Assembly: GCF_964204645.1 (NCBI RefSeq)
Contig: NC_134030.1
Span: 14,570,110 to 14,634,109, forward strand
Length of the DNA: 64,000 nucleotides
Reading direction: 5' to 3'
Origin: Tubulanus polymorphus
Lineage: Eukaryota > Animalia > Nemertea
The position numbers and the translations under genes were made by a program. Every line of letters begins with the position of its first letter. Within the stretch, counting starts at the first letter, position 1. The notes under the pieces were generated by a model. It was not told where the DNA came from. It did not search any database and saw only the letters and a program-made list of their open reading frames with translations. Positions 37,457 through 51,852 of the stretch are shown one piece after another.

Positions 37457-39388
37457 ATGGTACGCTGAACGTCATGGATTTCAAATACCCAAAGCTAAAA
37501 CATTTCTCATATAGACCTATATACTTACTCAATCTCTTTACAGTTCTCTTCCATATTTCTGGAATGAGAATTCTAATTTTAGATTGGTAATAATTCACAA
37601 AACTGACATCATGTTTTTGTACTCGGCATTTGCTATATCCCGATGAAATATGATTTCAAACACTTTCATTCTTTAGATTTATTTAAGTCTGATGGACAGG
37701 AATCATGAGGAATGCAGATTGTTTACCTATTTACCAATAATGCATAAAAATCGTAATCAAAATTAAATATTTAGAAACACATGTGATACGTATTTATTTG
37801 GAAGGACTTACGTTTCTAAGCTAGTACATATATCATCTGTATCATCAGTTTCCCTTCTAACTCCGGTTGTAGGTGAGTGTGCGGATCTAAGGGAACATAT
37901 ACATAATATGATCAAGCATTTGTGTACAGTTTTGACAAAACAACCAGGGCAACTTTAAAGTGCAAAAAAATCGATACAGCAAGAACTGATATTTTTCAAC
38001 AAGAGAAAAACTTATTTTTATTGAAACTTTTAGACAGAACCATGAGACATAAAGTAGACCTTATTCTATAGCGGCACCCTTCTTAAAGAACAATTTAAGA
38101 GATGTACTTTTAGTACCTACATAACAAAGCACATTCAATATCTAAACTAAGAGGCTGTCTGTATATAGTCCTATGGCCCTCTTTGATGGTAAATAATGAT
38201 ATATGATATGATATATGATATGAATCGCCCCCTCCTCACATTTCTCGATGAAAAAACACAACAATGACAACCAATGAAAATCTAAAGAAATTCATGTACA
38301 GTGTTTCAACGTCTGGGGCAGTTGTCCGGGAGGCAATCTGAGAATGAAAGACAATACCGGGATAGTTTGAATGAATATACTCACCGATTCATTTCCTCAA
38401 TGTCCATCATAAAATCATCGAGATGTTTGTCAATATGGTGGTTTTTCAATTGTTCTCTACTGTTACAGGTGAAGCGACAAAGCTTACACTTAACCTTTTG
38501 GCATAACCTAGATATAAACGGTCCTTGGATTCATTTATCATTACACAAAACAAGCACAATAATACAATCAGTAACCTTACAATTACTGAAGTGTACAATT
38601 CGACATTGTATATAGCCATCCCCTTCAGACACATGATTGTGGCGAGAAAATCGATAATTTTGGAAAACACGGTACCTCTTTTTGGCACCGATAGATCCTT
38701 CTTTGGAACTGATAGATCTTTTTTCAGCACCAATCAATCCTTTCTCAGAACCAATAGACCGTTTCGTAAAACCAATATATGTATTATTGTCAGCATCTTC
38801 ATCATTTTCGTTAGAGGATGATGATATCACAATTGGAGAAGATCTAGCTCTAAAAATATGCATTTGCACTTAACTATTATACATATCAATAAATGCAATA
38901 ATCATGATACTTTTACAACTAGTATATTATCAGATCTTGAGCTACGTAAGCGTACCTTGAAAGTTCAGCGCTGCAACATTCATCAATATCTTGAAACAAA
39001 CATTCATCAATATCTTGAAACATGTAATCTTCCTAAGATTTTGGGATAAAATATGAATTAGTCAAAATTCATAAAAACAATCATAATCAAAACAAAAAAT
39101 TCACCTTCTAATACAATAGGAAAATACATTCAAAATAAGAAATGTTGTGTTTGTTTCACCACAAGTATATCACCCAGACATCACCAAAATAACCTCCGGA
39201 ACACAAGACCGGCATCAATTACTGTAATACATGGTACAGTTATTCCCAGAAAATTAATCAATTAAGAAATACAATTGTGCGTCATTAAATGAATTCGGTT
39301 ATAGGTAAAAAAAAGATTTTCTAATCAAAGATAGCTAATCTTGGATGACAATTAGAAAGTACAAATCTCCAGTAATTTGCTGTTTTAC

Positions 39389-40480
39389 CTCTGAAATTTC
39401 TTCATAGAATAAAAGGTACTCATCCCTTCCAAATGTGGCTAAGTCAACCCGTCGCACCTTGAAAGTATTTTTAAAAATCCATTTCAAATCTCAATCGGAG
39501 CACAGCCTTTATTGGCTTTCCAAGCATCCAGCAGTGTACGTATGTAACTTAATTCGCTTAATTGTAATTATATATTATCTATATATACTGCATTTTTAAA
39601 CATGCCGAAATAAATATTAGTATGTAACTTAATTCGCTTAATTGTAATTATATATTATCTATATATACTGCATTTTTAAACATGCCGAAATAAATATTAT
39701 TATTTAAAAGCCCATACCATGCGCAGCAAAACTAATAACAAGAAATTGATTATGTTTACATATTTTTTTTTGTACTACTACTACATTACACACAACAATC
39801 GAAACAATTCTTGTTTCACGTAACAATGTTTCCTTTGTTTTGTATCAATATGTGTTCCTACAACAATGATCAATTTCTAACATATTTCACAGATATAAAC
39901 AGAAAAATTAATTCAAGAATGAATCCAAATATATTCTCACCTCATCATCATCACAACTGTACCACGATATCCCCTTCCTGACTAAGGCAACATAATGACC
40001 AGACAAAGTATCGACTCCATGATGCTTTACGCAAGCCTTCAGACGCATATGCTTTACCTTAAAAGACAGGGATACTAGCAGTTTATACAAGCAATATAGT
40101 GGGGCTGAAATTGGTGAAAAGATTTTTTCAAAGAAAGAACCAAACGCATGAATTGCAACCTAACCAATACATATAACATGAAAGGATTCATGCAATCCAT
40201 CAAACTTACTGAATCATTTTCTTCAACTCTCAGATATTCTTCCAATTTAATCACATTATCAATTTTTCCAGCGAACATATACCTAAGCAGTACAATCAAA
40301 CAACGCAATACACATCATTTCAGGCCAATTAAATGGTAATGCATTCCGGTTGGGATTAAACATGTAATAACTCAATTAAACAAACAGGAAGCTTGTTCTT
40401 ACCTCTTCAACTGAATAACTAAGAATTTATTTATCGATTCCACAGATATCTTCTTGCTAGCCAACTGCAAACCTTTACAC
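39389..40480 (-). pseudogene. USP (peptidase C19) C-terminal exons in MULE copy 1
   Basis: Mirror of the exons at 59880-60971: FLVIQLKR, HHG..SGHYVA..WYSCDD and YLLFY. Confidence 0.8.
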
Positions 40481-42658
40481 CTATATTATTCCAATTGAAA
40501 TATATTTACAATTGTACCATATGACATGTTACATCTGGCAATTGATCATGGTAACAAAATATGTCTAGGTACCACATAATATGGAAATACTAAATCATCC
40601 TGCTATTCAACGCCCCCTGGTGTATTCAAATACTGATGGCCTTGAAAGCACTTTCATAGAACGCGACACGAGCGATAATAGGTACCGAAAAATTGAATTA
40701 TTGTATAGGCCTATGATTCAATATTCAAGGCCCCCTTCCTAGTAGTGGCAAAAACAAACAATTGGGTGATCCCGTTTCCATTCGAGGAGTAGTATCCTAT
40801 GGCAGTGCCAATTATATTCAAATATAAAGACTACAAGTTAAAAACCTGTTGTTATTATCCCAAAAACAACTTTTTTTAAACCAACGGAAAACTGATGACA
40901 CCAAGATGGCTGCCAATAGCGTGATAATTGGTGGAAAAATTAGGCATACTAGCAAATAATTTCCATGTAATCACCTGGGACAATTGTAGCGCTCACTTCG
41001 TTCAAGCAACTCCGTACTCATGTATTTTCCTATCAAGTCACTGATTGACAAACCATTTTCCTGTATAGATTAGAGACATTTATACAGGGCATTTTGTTGA
41101 GGGCATTAAATTTATAATAAGTTTTTGAATCATAATGAAAAAAAATCTTACATAATTCAAACCCAAGTCTAAAGTTGAAACATTTTCTTCCTTAACCGAT
41201 TCATATAAACAACATAAACACACGACTGGAATAAAGCAAGATCCCACATAAAATCCATACCATCACAATTATCAAAAAATCATTTTTGTTAAATTACACG
41301 TATTGTAAGAGCAAACGCTCCACTTGATGATGGAATAAGAACAATAAATAATAATTTCAATTGGCTTTATAAAACTATAAAACTTACACCTTCCAATGTT
41401 TTGTTCCCAGTTAAAGCATCTCCTCTATCCAGGCAGAGTATTCAGAATACGAAAAAACAACAACAACAACAAAAAGAAAATTACTGTCCAAACTTCGGAC
41501 TTTATATACGCAATATATTTTATGAAGGAACAACTGTATCACATACTATTTTAGATTGCAGAATCATTTGTTCATAGAATAGGAGTTTGCTTTGACAAAC
41601 GCCAATCTATATCCAATTTTAGTTAGAGTTCCAGAGCTACTTTCAAAAAAATTAACTTACAAAAATAGCTACAATGAAAGCCCGTTATAAAACTATCCTC
41701 CCAATCAAACTCAAATTCAACTGAAATACCATGCTCAATTTGTTTAAATGCTATCTTTTGCAAAGATCCAAACAGTGGCATTAACGACTACGACCGTACT
41801 TTTTAAAAGTAATTTAAATTCATACCAATAACTTTCATTCTGATCTAAAATAGACATGCAAGTTTCTTCAGCGGAGAATTACATATTTTGTTAGTAGAAC
41901 AGTTCATTGAAGAATAAAACACTAGCTGCATTAGGTGCATCTAATTGATTGGAAATCCATGGAGATTGAAACTTTTTAATCACGATTTTTTGCTAAGTTT
42001 GAAAAACTCAGAAGACATTGGAAGTCATCTGTTTTGCCAAACTTGAATTACACAGTACTATAAGTACAAATGAATGATTTACTTTTACTACTTGTTCGGC
42101 ATTTAAACAAATCATAAATTTCCCTGAAATTTAAGAAATGAGTATGTTGAACTAATAATCTGAAACACAGCAATATTCAAAATAACAAGTAAAACCTCAT
42201 GTAAAGGTAGTCGTATAGATATTCCAGCAATCAATTTTGCTTTCATTTATATGCCTGAGAAGCAAATCTTCATTATAGCATTAAACAGTTCCAGCAGAGA
42301 CTAACCACGTGACTGCATTTGAGATTCATCTGCAAATATTGGGATGATTAAATAAATCTTACCTATATTAGACCGTTAAGACGTACAGACATACGGACAA
42401 ACCAATGAATTATCAGTTTTATGCCGCATGAGATGCAATTCAAGCGGTTTCTCCATTATTTGTATCGTTAAGTTGTTGACTGGCGATATATTAAATTATC
42501 AAATACTAATTCCCGGTGTTGAAAACCTGGGTCCGGTGCCCTGTCCGACAGTGGGTATCCCCGTGGGAAAACCCGTTTACTATTTATAGTAAAAATGAAG
42601 AAATTCCGCGTTTTTAGAAAATTCCGCGATTCCGTCTTTCCGCGATATGACAACACCG

Positions 42659-43416
42659 ATAAATTAGATAGTGTTTCTGAATGCGTTTCTTTGTTGAATA
42701 ATTGTGTTAATCTAGATCTTAAGCATTGTTTCAATCTAAAATTAATATCTCTTTGATATCTTAGTCTCATATATTCTGCCATATAATAATTATAATGTTC
42801 TATAATATCTTCTCGATATTGTTTGGTATATAGTTTAGTGCAAGTTTTACAGCAATATTGAAAACCATCTTTGCTAATCTTACGCTTATTAAATTCTGTT
42901 ATAGTTAATTCACATTTAGAACACTTCTTGTAGTATATATTTATGACGCCAGTGTTATTTGTAATATTGATAGTTTGTGGTTGTTCTGATTCCATTTATT
43001 ATACATATTTTTTTACTAAATTGATTTTAGAAGTTCAATGATTTATAGCATGTATTATTTCAATCACACTTTACTAACACTTTTAATGTTTAAAAATCTA
43101 ACTCATACAAATATGAAGATTGAAATAATGTTGTAAATATATCTATGTATCTATTCTATAAGAGCTTACACTTTTATATTGAATAATCTGTCAATTTAAA
43201 TGTTATTCATTTACATGAATATTTTAAGAGCAATAGGGATAATAGGCTATCATGTTAAAGGTTGAAGGGGCGAGTGAGTAAAAAATGAAAATAATAATAA
43301 TTTACAGTTGAATTAGGAGTGTGCGCGACTAATTCAACTGTAAATTATTATTATTTTCATTTTTTACGAGCTCGACCCTTTGACCTTTGATCTGAAAGCC
43401 TATTATCCCTATTACT
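42659..43416 (-). mobile_element. Terminal fragment of a second, related Polinton (palindromic terminus plus 5' half of the HNH gene)
   Basis: 42659-42995 encodes MESEQPQ..., near-identical to the protein at 11479. Ends CCCTATTACT (5'-AGTAATAGGG). 43229-43416 is a 188-bp imperfect palindrome. Confidence 0.88.
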
Positions 43417-43419
43417 ATT

Positions 43420-43764
43420 GTCGACATACCGCGATATATCGCGTCAAGTCTACATGAATATGTCGATATATCGTGACGTTTTGACGACATATTTCGTTTT
43501 CTCAACCATTTTCCTCGCGACAAGTCGACATATTCATGACGACTTGAAACTCAGTCGTCATATTACTGGCGTCCTCATCTTACATTTAGACATGTCTTCA
43601 AATGACGGCTTGTCCCGTGGAAAATGAGCAAATAAGCGAAATTTGTCGTGAAAACGTCACGATATGTAGACATATTCATGTGGACTTGACGCGATATATC
43701 AACATAAATATGGCGACTTGTCGAGTTTGAACGCGACAACTCGAGGCCCTTTATTGCTACCGTA
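43420..43764. mobile_element. IS3EU-like MITE, copy 4 (one end cut by the Polinton terminus)
   Basis: Same family as 30630-31045; ends CCGTA. Confidence 0.7.
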
Positions 43765-43854
43765 CTATATCAGATTAATCGACTTCAAAATAGGCGAAAG
43801 CATAAGTCTTTATTACGTTATTAATTGGCCTAATTATTCAAAAGCTAATAATGT

Positions 43855-44312
43855 GGGCGACAAAACCAAAAAAATTAATTGTCACGGGCGATAAAACCAA
43901 AATAATCAATTGTCGCGGGCGATAAAACCAAAATAATCAATTGTCGCTGGCGATAAAACCAAAATATGAAATTGTCGCGGGCGACTAAACCAAAAGAATT
44001 GTCGCGGGCGATAAAACCAAAATAATGAATTGTCGCGCGCGACAAAACCAAAATATTCAATTGTCGCGGGCAACAAAACCAAACTAATAAATTGTCGCGG
44101 GCGATAAAACCAAAATAATGAATTGTTGCGGGCGATAAAACGAAAATATTGAATTGTCATGGGCGACAAAACCAAAATATTGATTTGTCGCGGGTGACAA
44201 AACCAAATTAATGAATTGTCGCGGGCGATAAAACCAAAATAATGAATTGTCGCGGGCGATAAAACCAAAATAATGAATAAAACCAAAATAATGAATAAAA
44301 CCAAATTAATGA
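43855..44312 (-). repeat. 31-bp satellite array
   Basis: Reverse complement of the 10098 unit. Confidence 0.92.
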
Positions 44313-45447
44313 ACAGCTTTTCTCCGCTATATCTCTTCGGCGTGTTTAGTTTAGGCCTACGATTCCTCGGTACACTAAAGATTGATCTTAGTAAATACAC
44401 GGTTAATTCGGTAAAGAAAAATAGGTATTGTTATACTAACTCCTTGAAACCCGCAGCCAAATCACTGGTAGTAATAAATTAGTTTTTACTCGATTTGATT
44501 CTCATGATGAGGAGAAACTCGCAGCTGATCCCCGGAACGACGATGTAGTAACACACGTCGATTCGTCGATGTTTACGGCTCGACAGTGCTTTTAAAATCT
44601 AAAGTAGTAAATTTCCAGTGTATCGGTAATATGATTTGATGAGGAAAATGGGCTATTGTTAAAATCACTGTTTGAAGACCGCGACTGAATGTGAAGTCTG
44701 CGGCAATAAATTAGTTCATTTAAACTTGAATTGATAATCGAAGTGACAGTCGGCCTGCGGGTTGATTTCGGGATGACGACTCGAAAAACATGTCGCCCCA
44801 TTGAATGGGGCTAAATTTTCGATGTTTACGGCCCGACAGCGCTTTTGTAACGATGATTCGTGAAAAAACACGCGGGCTATTTGTAGATCTCAGTGAGCTG
44901 AACGATATTATATGGATTGTATATGAAACAGCGGTAAGGTAACAAAGCCTATCTTCTTTTGGTAAAAATAGTGTGGAAGAAAATAATAAATATAGCTGCA
45001 AAGCAGCGATAACGGGTTTTCTGCACAGTCTTAGAATCCCGTTCAACGGTGGATTTCCACAAAGCATTTGATAAGGCTCAACATCAGCCATTACTAAACA
45101 GGCTATTAGGAAACAGTATCAATGATAGGTCGCCCAAATGGCTCAGCAGTTATCTCTGAACGGAAACTTGTAACCGAAGTCAACAGAACGCCTCATCTTG
45201 GAATGAGACGGTCTAACTAGTGGAGTCACGCAAAGTAGTATCCTAAGTCGTCTTCTGTTTAATGTCCTGACAAATGACATACACAGTAATCCAAAATATA
45301 CCACACCGAGTAAATTTCCGAAACGACCTCAACACGCCGTTCGACCAAAAACATTAATGTTCCCACATGAAAATCTTGTTGGAATGAAAACTATTCTGTT
45401 TGATCGAACAATAAGCTTTTTGTTTGAACCAAAACTTCATTCTAAAA

Positions 45448-46703
45448 ACTAGGGGTCCAGAGACACCATGCCCACTTGGGAAGTGGTTTCGAATGCTCAA
45501 CAATCTAACAATTTCAATATTCAACGTCCCCTGGTGACCATATACAAAAACCAATGACCTTGAAACTCACCACAATCATAAAACACGTCATTTGCTACGA
45601 TTTTGTTATTGATTGTGATAACAAAATATGCCTCGTTGCCAATTTGATATGGAAATACTAGGTTTTTCTACAATTCAACGCCCCCTGGTGACCATATTCA
45701 GACCCAATGACCTTGAAACTCGCCACAATCATAGAACATGTGATGAACTACAACTTTGCAATCGATCATGTTAACAAAATATGCCTAGGCACCAATATAA
45801 TAAGGAAATACTAAGTTATTCTACTATTCAATGCCCCTGGTGACCATATAGAATAACTAATGTCCTTAAAACAGACCACAATCATAGGCGATGTCATGAG
45901 CTACAATTTTGCAATTGATTGTAGTAACAAAATATGCATTGGTACAAATATAATAAAGAAATACTAAGATATTATATTATTCAACGCCCCCTGGTGGCCA
46001 TATCTAAAAACTAATGACCTTGAAACTCACTACAATCATAGAACACCTTATAAGCTACAACTTTCTAATTCATTGCGGTAACATGCTTAGGTATCAATAT
46101 AATGTCGAAAAACTTATTCCCACCTACGAATGAGTACCGATAACACCAAGATGGCCGCCAATTGCGTCATAATTGGTTGATCAAAAATGCCTATGTCAGC
46201 TATAAAACATCCCTTTCCAAAGAATACCCATCAGCAATTGCAATGAGAAATGGAAGACCAGTAGGAAGCTACAGGACTCAGAATTTGGGTAAAAATTTTT
46301 GACATTTTTGGGCACTAAAAAGGTCATAGGACAGCCATCTTGAGTCAGATCGACCCATTTTTTGTTATGCTCATGGGCCCTGGGGGGATTCAAATATATA
46401 CGAAAGATCAATGTAATTGATCAAAGCGTCCTCAAAATTTCCCTCAAAAAATTCAAAAACGTATAAAAAGTGCTGATTTTGGCAAAACAATGGCTGCCAG
46501 TCAGCCATCTTGATTCTGACAGGGCCAGTTTGTGGGCTGAAGATGTGTCTAGGGAAGATACATGTGTAACCCAAATAGCAAGACATTACATTGAAGCGTC
46601 TTCAAAACTTCCCAAAATAACTGGATTCCAACTACGACGGACGGATGATGGACGAAAAGAGAACGCAATAGCCCGCTAGGACTAAAGTCCCAAGTGGCCT
46701 AAA
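45448..46703 (-). mobile_element. HINE/Helentron-type element with ~160-bp internal tandem repeats
   Basis: Runs AACTAGGGGTCC...GGACTAAAGTCCCAAGTGG with (GACG) microsatellite. Homologous to 48398-49805. Confidence 0.65.
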
Positions 46704-48199
46704 GATGTGTTCGAATAAAAAGCTATGTTATTATTGAAATGAAAAACTTTTTGTCCCGGCAAAAATATTTTGTTGAGCGAAAACATTTTTTTTCGAACGA
46801 ATGTTTGAATGAAAACAATTCTGTTCTATTGAACGAAATACCTAATACATTTGGTTCGGAGAAAAGACTTTTTACAATATACTTGTTCAAACGAAAACTT
46901 AATGTTCTGACGAGAAAATTCAGTTCAAATTAAAACGATTCTGTTCGATCGAACGATTGTTCGAACGAAAAACCTTTCGTTTGGACAAAAAAAGTTTCTT
47001 CAACTTTGTTCTCACGATTTTTTTCAAATTGGTTCAATCGAACAGAATATTATTGGTCCGAACGAAATAAATTTTGTTCCGATGAAAGAATTTTCAAGCG
47101 AAAGGTCTTTTGAACGAAAAAAAGATATTTCTTGGGCTCCGCAGTAACTTAAAGCCGGACGTAGGTCGGCCTTGCGACGCGATGCGACCCTCGCGTTGCA
47201 TCGCAATTTTCAGTTGCGATATGATTGTCAGCGACTGTGTGCGACTAGTTTATGCCAGTTGCAAGAGCGCGTAGGTCAGTTGTGACAGTCGTGTCGTGTC
47301 GCATCACAGAAAGTAGTCGCAAGGGAGCGTAGGGCGATGAGTCGTTGCGACACAATCGTCGCTGGCGGTCGCAGTGAATGGTGTCGCAGTGAGTCACAAG
47401 CCGTCGCAAGGCCGACCTTTGCCCGGCTTACGTTATTAGGAATTAATAAAAAAACCAGTTTCATTTATGATGAAAAAACTCAAATGAAAAGTCTGGCTTA
47501 TAAAGCTGTCTGCTCAGGCGAAATTTTCAATCTTCATTTTTGGCAACAAAATTGATAATTGTGATTGATCGTTGCAAGTCAGAACCAGTTAATCACTAAT
47601 TAACATGCATTTTAATAAATCTGATTCCTCCTTTACACTGAACTTAGCTTTAACCTATTTGAGGCTACTAGCCTATGTAGGCCTATGTATATGCGTAGGT
47701 CTAACATCCGGACAGATTGGTCGTAGGCCTATTGAATAACAACCCTCCTAAATATCGTAAATTTTGTTATGAAGTACTTTTGACGAAAAAAGTGTGGAAA
47801 AAAATAATAATAAATATAGCTGCAAAGTAGCGATAACGGGTTTTCTGCACATTCTTAGAATCCTGTTCAACGGTGAATTTCAACAAAGCATTTGATAATG
47901 CTCAACATCAGCCATTACTAAAGAGGCTATTAGGAAACAGTATCAATGATAGGTCGCCCACATGGCTCAGCAGTTATCTCTGAACGGAAACTTGTAACCG
48001 AAATCAACGGAACGCCTCATCTTGGAATGAGACGGTGTAACTAGTGAAGTCACGCAAGGTAGTATCCTGAGTCGTCTTCTGTTTAATGTCCTGACAAATG
48101 ACATACACAGTAATCCCAAATATACCAGACCGAGTAAATTTCCAAAACGACCTTAACACACTGTTCGACCAAAAAACTTGATGTTCCGACAAAACCTTG

Positions 48200-48397
48200 G
48201 GGACAAAACCAAAATTATGAATTGTCGCGGGTGACAAAACCAAAATATTGAATTGTCACGGGCGACAAAACAAAAATAATGAATTGTCGCGGGCGATAAA
48301 ACCACAATAATGAATTGTCGCGGACGACAAAAACAAAATATTGAATTGTTGCGTGCGCCAAAACCAGAATAATGAATTGTCGCGGGTGACAAAACCA
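48200..48397 (-). repeat. 31-bp satellite array (continues at 49806 after the HINE insertion)
   Basis: Unit match. Confidence 0.9.
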
Positions 48398-49805
48398 AAC
48401 TAGGGGTCCAGGGACACCATGCTCACTTGGGAAGTGGTTTCAAATGCTCAACAATCTAACAATTTCAATACACAACGCCCTCTAGTGACCATATACAAAA
48501 ACCAATGACCTTGAAACCCACCACAATCATAGAACGTGTGAGCAGCTATGATTTTGTAATTGATTGTGATAACAAAATATCCTTCGTTACCAATTTAATA
48601 TGGAAATACTAAGTTATTCTACTATTCAACGCCCCTGGTGACCATATGCAAAACCCAATGACCTTAAAACTCACCACAATTGTAGTACATGTCATGAAAT
48701 ACAACTTTGCAATTGATCATAGTAACAAAATATGCCTAGGCACCAATCTAATAAGGAAATACTAAGCCATTCTACTATTCAACGCCCCCTGGTGACTCTA
48801 TGGAATAACTAATGTCCTTAAAACTCACCACAATCATAGACGATGTCATGATCTACAACTTTGCAATGGATCATGGTAACAAACTATGCCTAGGTACCAA
48901 TCTAATAAGGAAAAACTAAGCTTTTCTACTATTCAACGCCCCCTGGTGACTATATGGAATAACTAATGTCCTTAAAAACTCACCACAATCATAGACGATG
49001 TCATGAACTACAACTTCGCAATTGATCATGGTAACAAAATATGCCTTGGTACAAATATGATATAGCAATACTAAGTTATTGTATTATTCAACGCCCCCTG
49101 ATGGCCACATACTAAAACCAATGACCTTGAAACTCACCAAAATCATAGAACACGTTATGGGCTAAAACTTTCCAATTAAATATAGTAACACAATATGCTT
49201 AGGTATCGATTTAATGTGGAAAAACTTTTTCCCACCTACGAATGAGTACTGATGACACCAAGATGGCCGCCAATTGCGTCATAATTGGCTGATCAAAAAT
49301 ACCTGTCCCAGGTATAAAACATCCCTCTCTAAGGAATACCCATCAGCAATTGCAATGAGAAATGGCAAACCAGTAGGAAGCTACAGGACCTAGAATTCTG
49401 GCCAAAATTGACATTTTTCGGCACCAAAAAGGTCATAGGACGGCCATCTTGAGTCAGATCGACCCAATTTTCTCTATGCTGATGGGCCTTTGGTAGATTC
49501 AAATATAAACGAAAGATCAAGGTAATTGATCAAAGCGTCCTCAAAATTTCCCACGAAAACTTCGAAAATGTTTAAAAAGTGCTGATTTTGACAAACAACA
49601 ATGGCTGCCAGTCGGCCATCTTGAATCTGACAGGGCCAGTTTTCGGGCTGACGATGTGTCTAGGGTAGATACATGTATAAACCAAATCTCAAGACATTAC
49701 CTTGAAGCGTCTTCAAAACTTCCCAAAATAACTGGATTCCGTCTATGGACGGACGAAAAGTGAACACAATAGCCCGCTGGGACTAAAGTCCCAAGTGGAC
49801 TGAAA
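48398..49805 (-). mobile_element. HINE/Helentron-type element inserted in the satellite
   Basis: Same family as 45448-46703; satellite on both sides. Confidence 0.7.
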
Positions 49806-50915
49806 AAGAATTGTCGCGGGCGACAAAACCAAACTAATGAATTGTCGCGGGTGATAAAACCAAAATATTGAATTGTCGCGGGCGACAAAACCAAACTAAT
49901 GAATTGTCGCGGGCGATAAAACCAAACTAATGAATTGTTGCGGGCGATAAAACCAAAATATTGAATTGTCATGGGCGATAAAACCAAAATATTGAATTGT
50001 CGCGGGCGACAAAACCAGAAAAAAAATTGTCGCGGGCGACAAAACAAAGTATAAAACCAAAATAATGAATTGTCGCGGGCGTCAAAACCAAAAACAAGAA
50101 TTGTCGCGGGCGACAAAACCAAAATAATGAATTGTCGCTGGAGATAAAACCAAAGTAATGAATTGTCGGGGCGACAAAACCAAAATAATGAATTGTCGCG
50201 GGCGACAAAACCAAAATGGTGAATTGTCGCGGGCGAAAAAAACCAAAATAATGAATTGTCGCGGGCGATAAAACCAAAGTAATGAATTGTCGCGGGCGAT
50301 AAAACTAAAATAATGAATTGTCTCGGGCGACAAAACCAAAATAATGAATTGTCGCAGGCGATAAAACCAAAATAATGAATTGTCGCGGGCGACAAAACCA
50401 AAATATTGAATTGTCGCGGGCGACAAAACCAAACTAATGAAATGTCGCGGGCGACAAAACCAAAAAAAGAATTGTCGGGCCGACAAAACCAAAATAATGA
50501 ATTGTCGCGGGCGATAAAACCAAAATAATGAATTGTCGCGGGCGATAAAACCAAAATAATGAATTATCGCGGGCGACAAAACCAAAATGGTGAATTGTCG
50601 CGGGCGACAAATCCAAAATAATGAATTGTCGCGGGCGATAAAACCAAAATAATGAATTTTGTCAGGCGACAAAACCAAAATAATGGATTATCGCGGGCGA
50701 TAAAACCAAAATATTGAATTGTAGCGGGTGATAAAACCAAAATATTGAATTGTCGCGGGCGACAAAACCAAAATAGAAAATTGTCGCGGGCGACAAAAAC
50801 AAAATACAAAACCAAAATAATGAATTGTCGCGGGCGACAAAACCAAAACGAAGAATTGTTGTCGCGGGCGATAAAACCAAAATAATGAATTGTCGCGGGC
50901 GACAAAATCAAAATC
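49806..50915 (-). repeat. 31-bp satellite array; flank 50915-51090 is the reverse complement of ~9910-10097
   Basis: About 35 units plus a homologous unique flank. Confidence 0.92.
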
Positions 50916-51852
50916 ATTGTTTTCTCGCGTTATTTTAGTTTTGTCGTTTTGTCGTAATGTCGCCCTCATTTGCATATTCGTGTTTTTTTATCTTATCAGC
51001 CACCATACTAAAGCTTTAAGGTCGCGTAAAACTCGATAAACACTTCAAGCGACACAGCGAACGAACTCCTTTCCCCACAGCGAACGCTTACTCCGAATGT
51101 CAAGTGTGAGTGCAGCATACGGATAGGAGTGTGTTATATACTTGTATTTAGTAAATACCTTGTGGATTTGACAATTATCGGTATGTACTGTAGGAAATAT
51201 AGAGTATTGATGGTATTGATATAGAGGCCCGCGGCCGAATAAAGTAATATATTCTTTTTTTTGATACCTCGTCGACATAACAGCTTTTCTTCGCTATATC
51301 TCTTCGGCGTGTTTAGTTTAGGCCTACGACTCCCCGGTACACTTATGATTTATCTTAGTAAAAACACGGTAAATTTGGTAAAGAAAAATAGGTATTGCTA
51401 AATTAACTGCCTGACGCCCGCAGCCAAATCACTGGTAGTAATAAATTAATTTGTACTCGATTTGATTCTCAGAATGAGGAGAAACTCGCAGCTGATTCCC
51501 GGAACGACGATGTAGTGACACACGTCGATTTGTCGATGTTTACGGCTCGACAGTGCTTTTAAAATCTAAAGTAGTAAATTTCCTGTGTATCAGTAATATA
51601 ATTTGATGAGGAAAATGGGTTATTGTTGAAATTAGTTTTTAAAAACCGCGACAGAATGTGCAATCTTTCGGTAATAAATTTGTTAATTTATGCTTGAATT
51701 GATAATCGATGTGACAAGAAACGTGCGGTAGATTTCGGAAAGACGACTTAGAAAAACATGTCGGCTCTTTGAATGGGGCTCAATTTTCGATGTTTACGGC
51801 CCGACAGTGCTTTTGTAACGTTGATTCTTCAAAATTTGAAGTGTGGAACAAA

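Larger units (their letters stand above)
33443..42658 (-). mobile_element. Mutator-like (MULE) transposon, copy 1, with internal deletion near its 5' end
   Basis: ~128-bp TIRs CGGTGTTGTCATATCGCGG... at 33443-33570 and ~42530-42658. Contains a MULE transposase. 9-bp flank GTCGTCGAA at 33434-33442. Confidence 0.88.

Noticed and set aside
39541-39700. 80-bp tandem duplication (mirrored at ~60660-60820)
   Set aside because: Simple intronic duplication shared by both MULE copies.
42468-42995. 175-aa ORF as a genuine gene
   Set aside because: It is a chance read-through from the truncated Polinton HNH gene into the MULE TIR at 42658.
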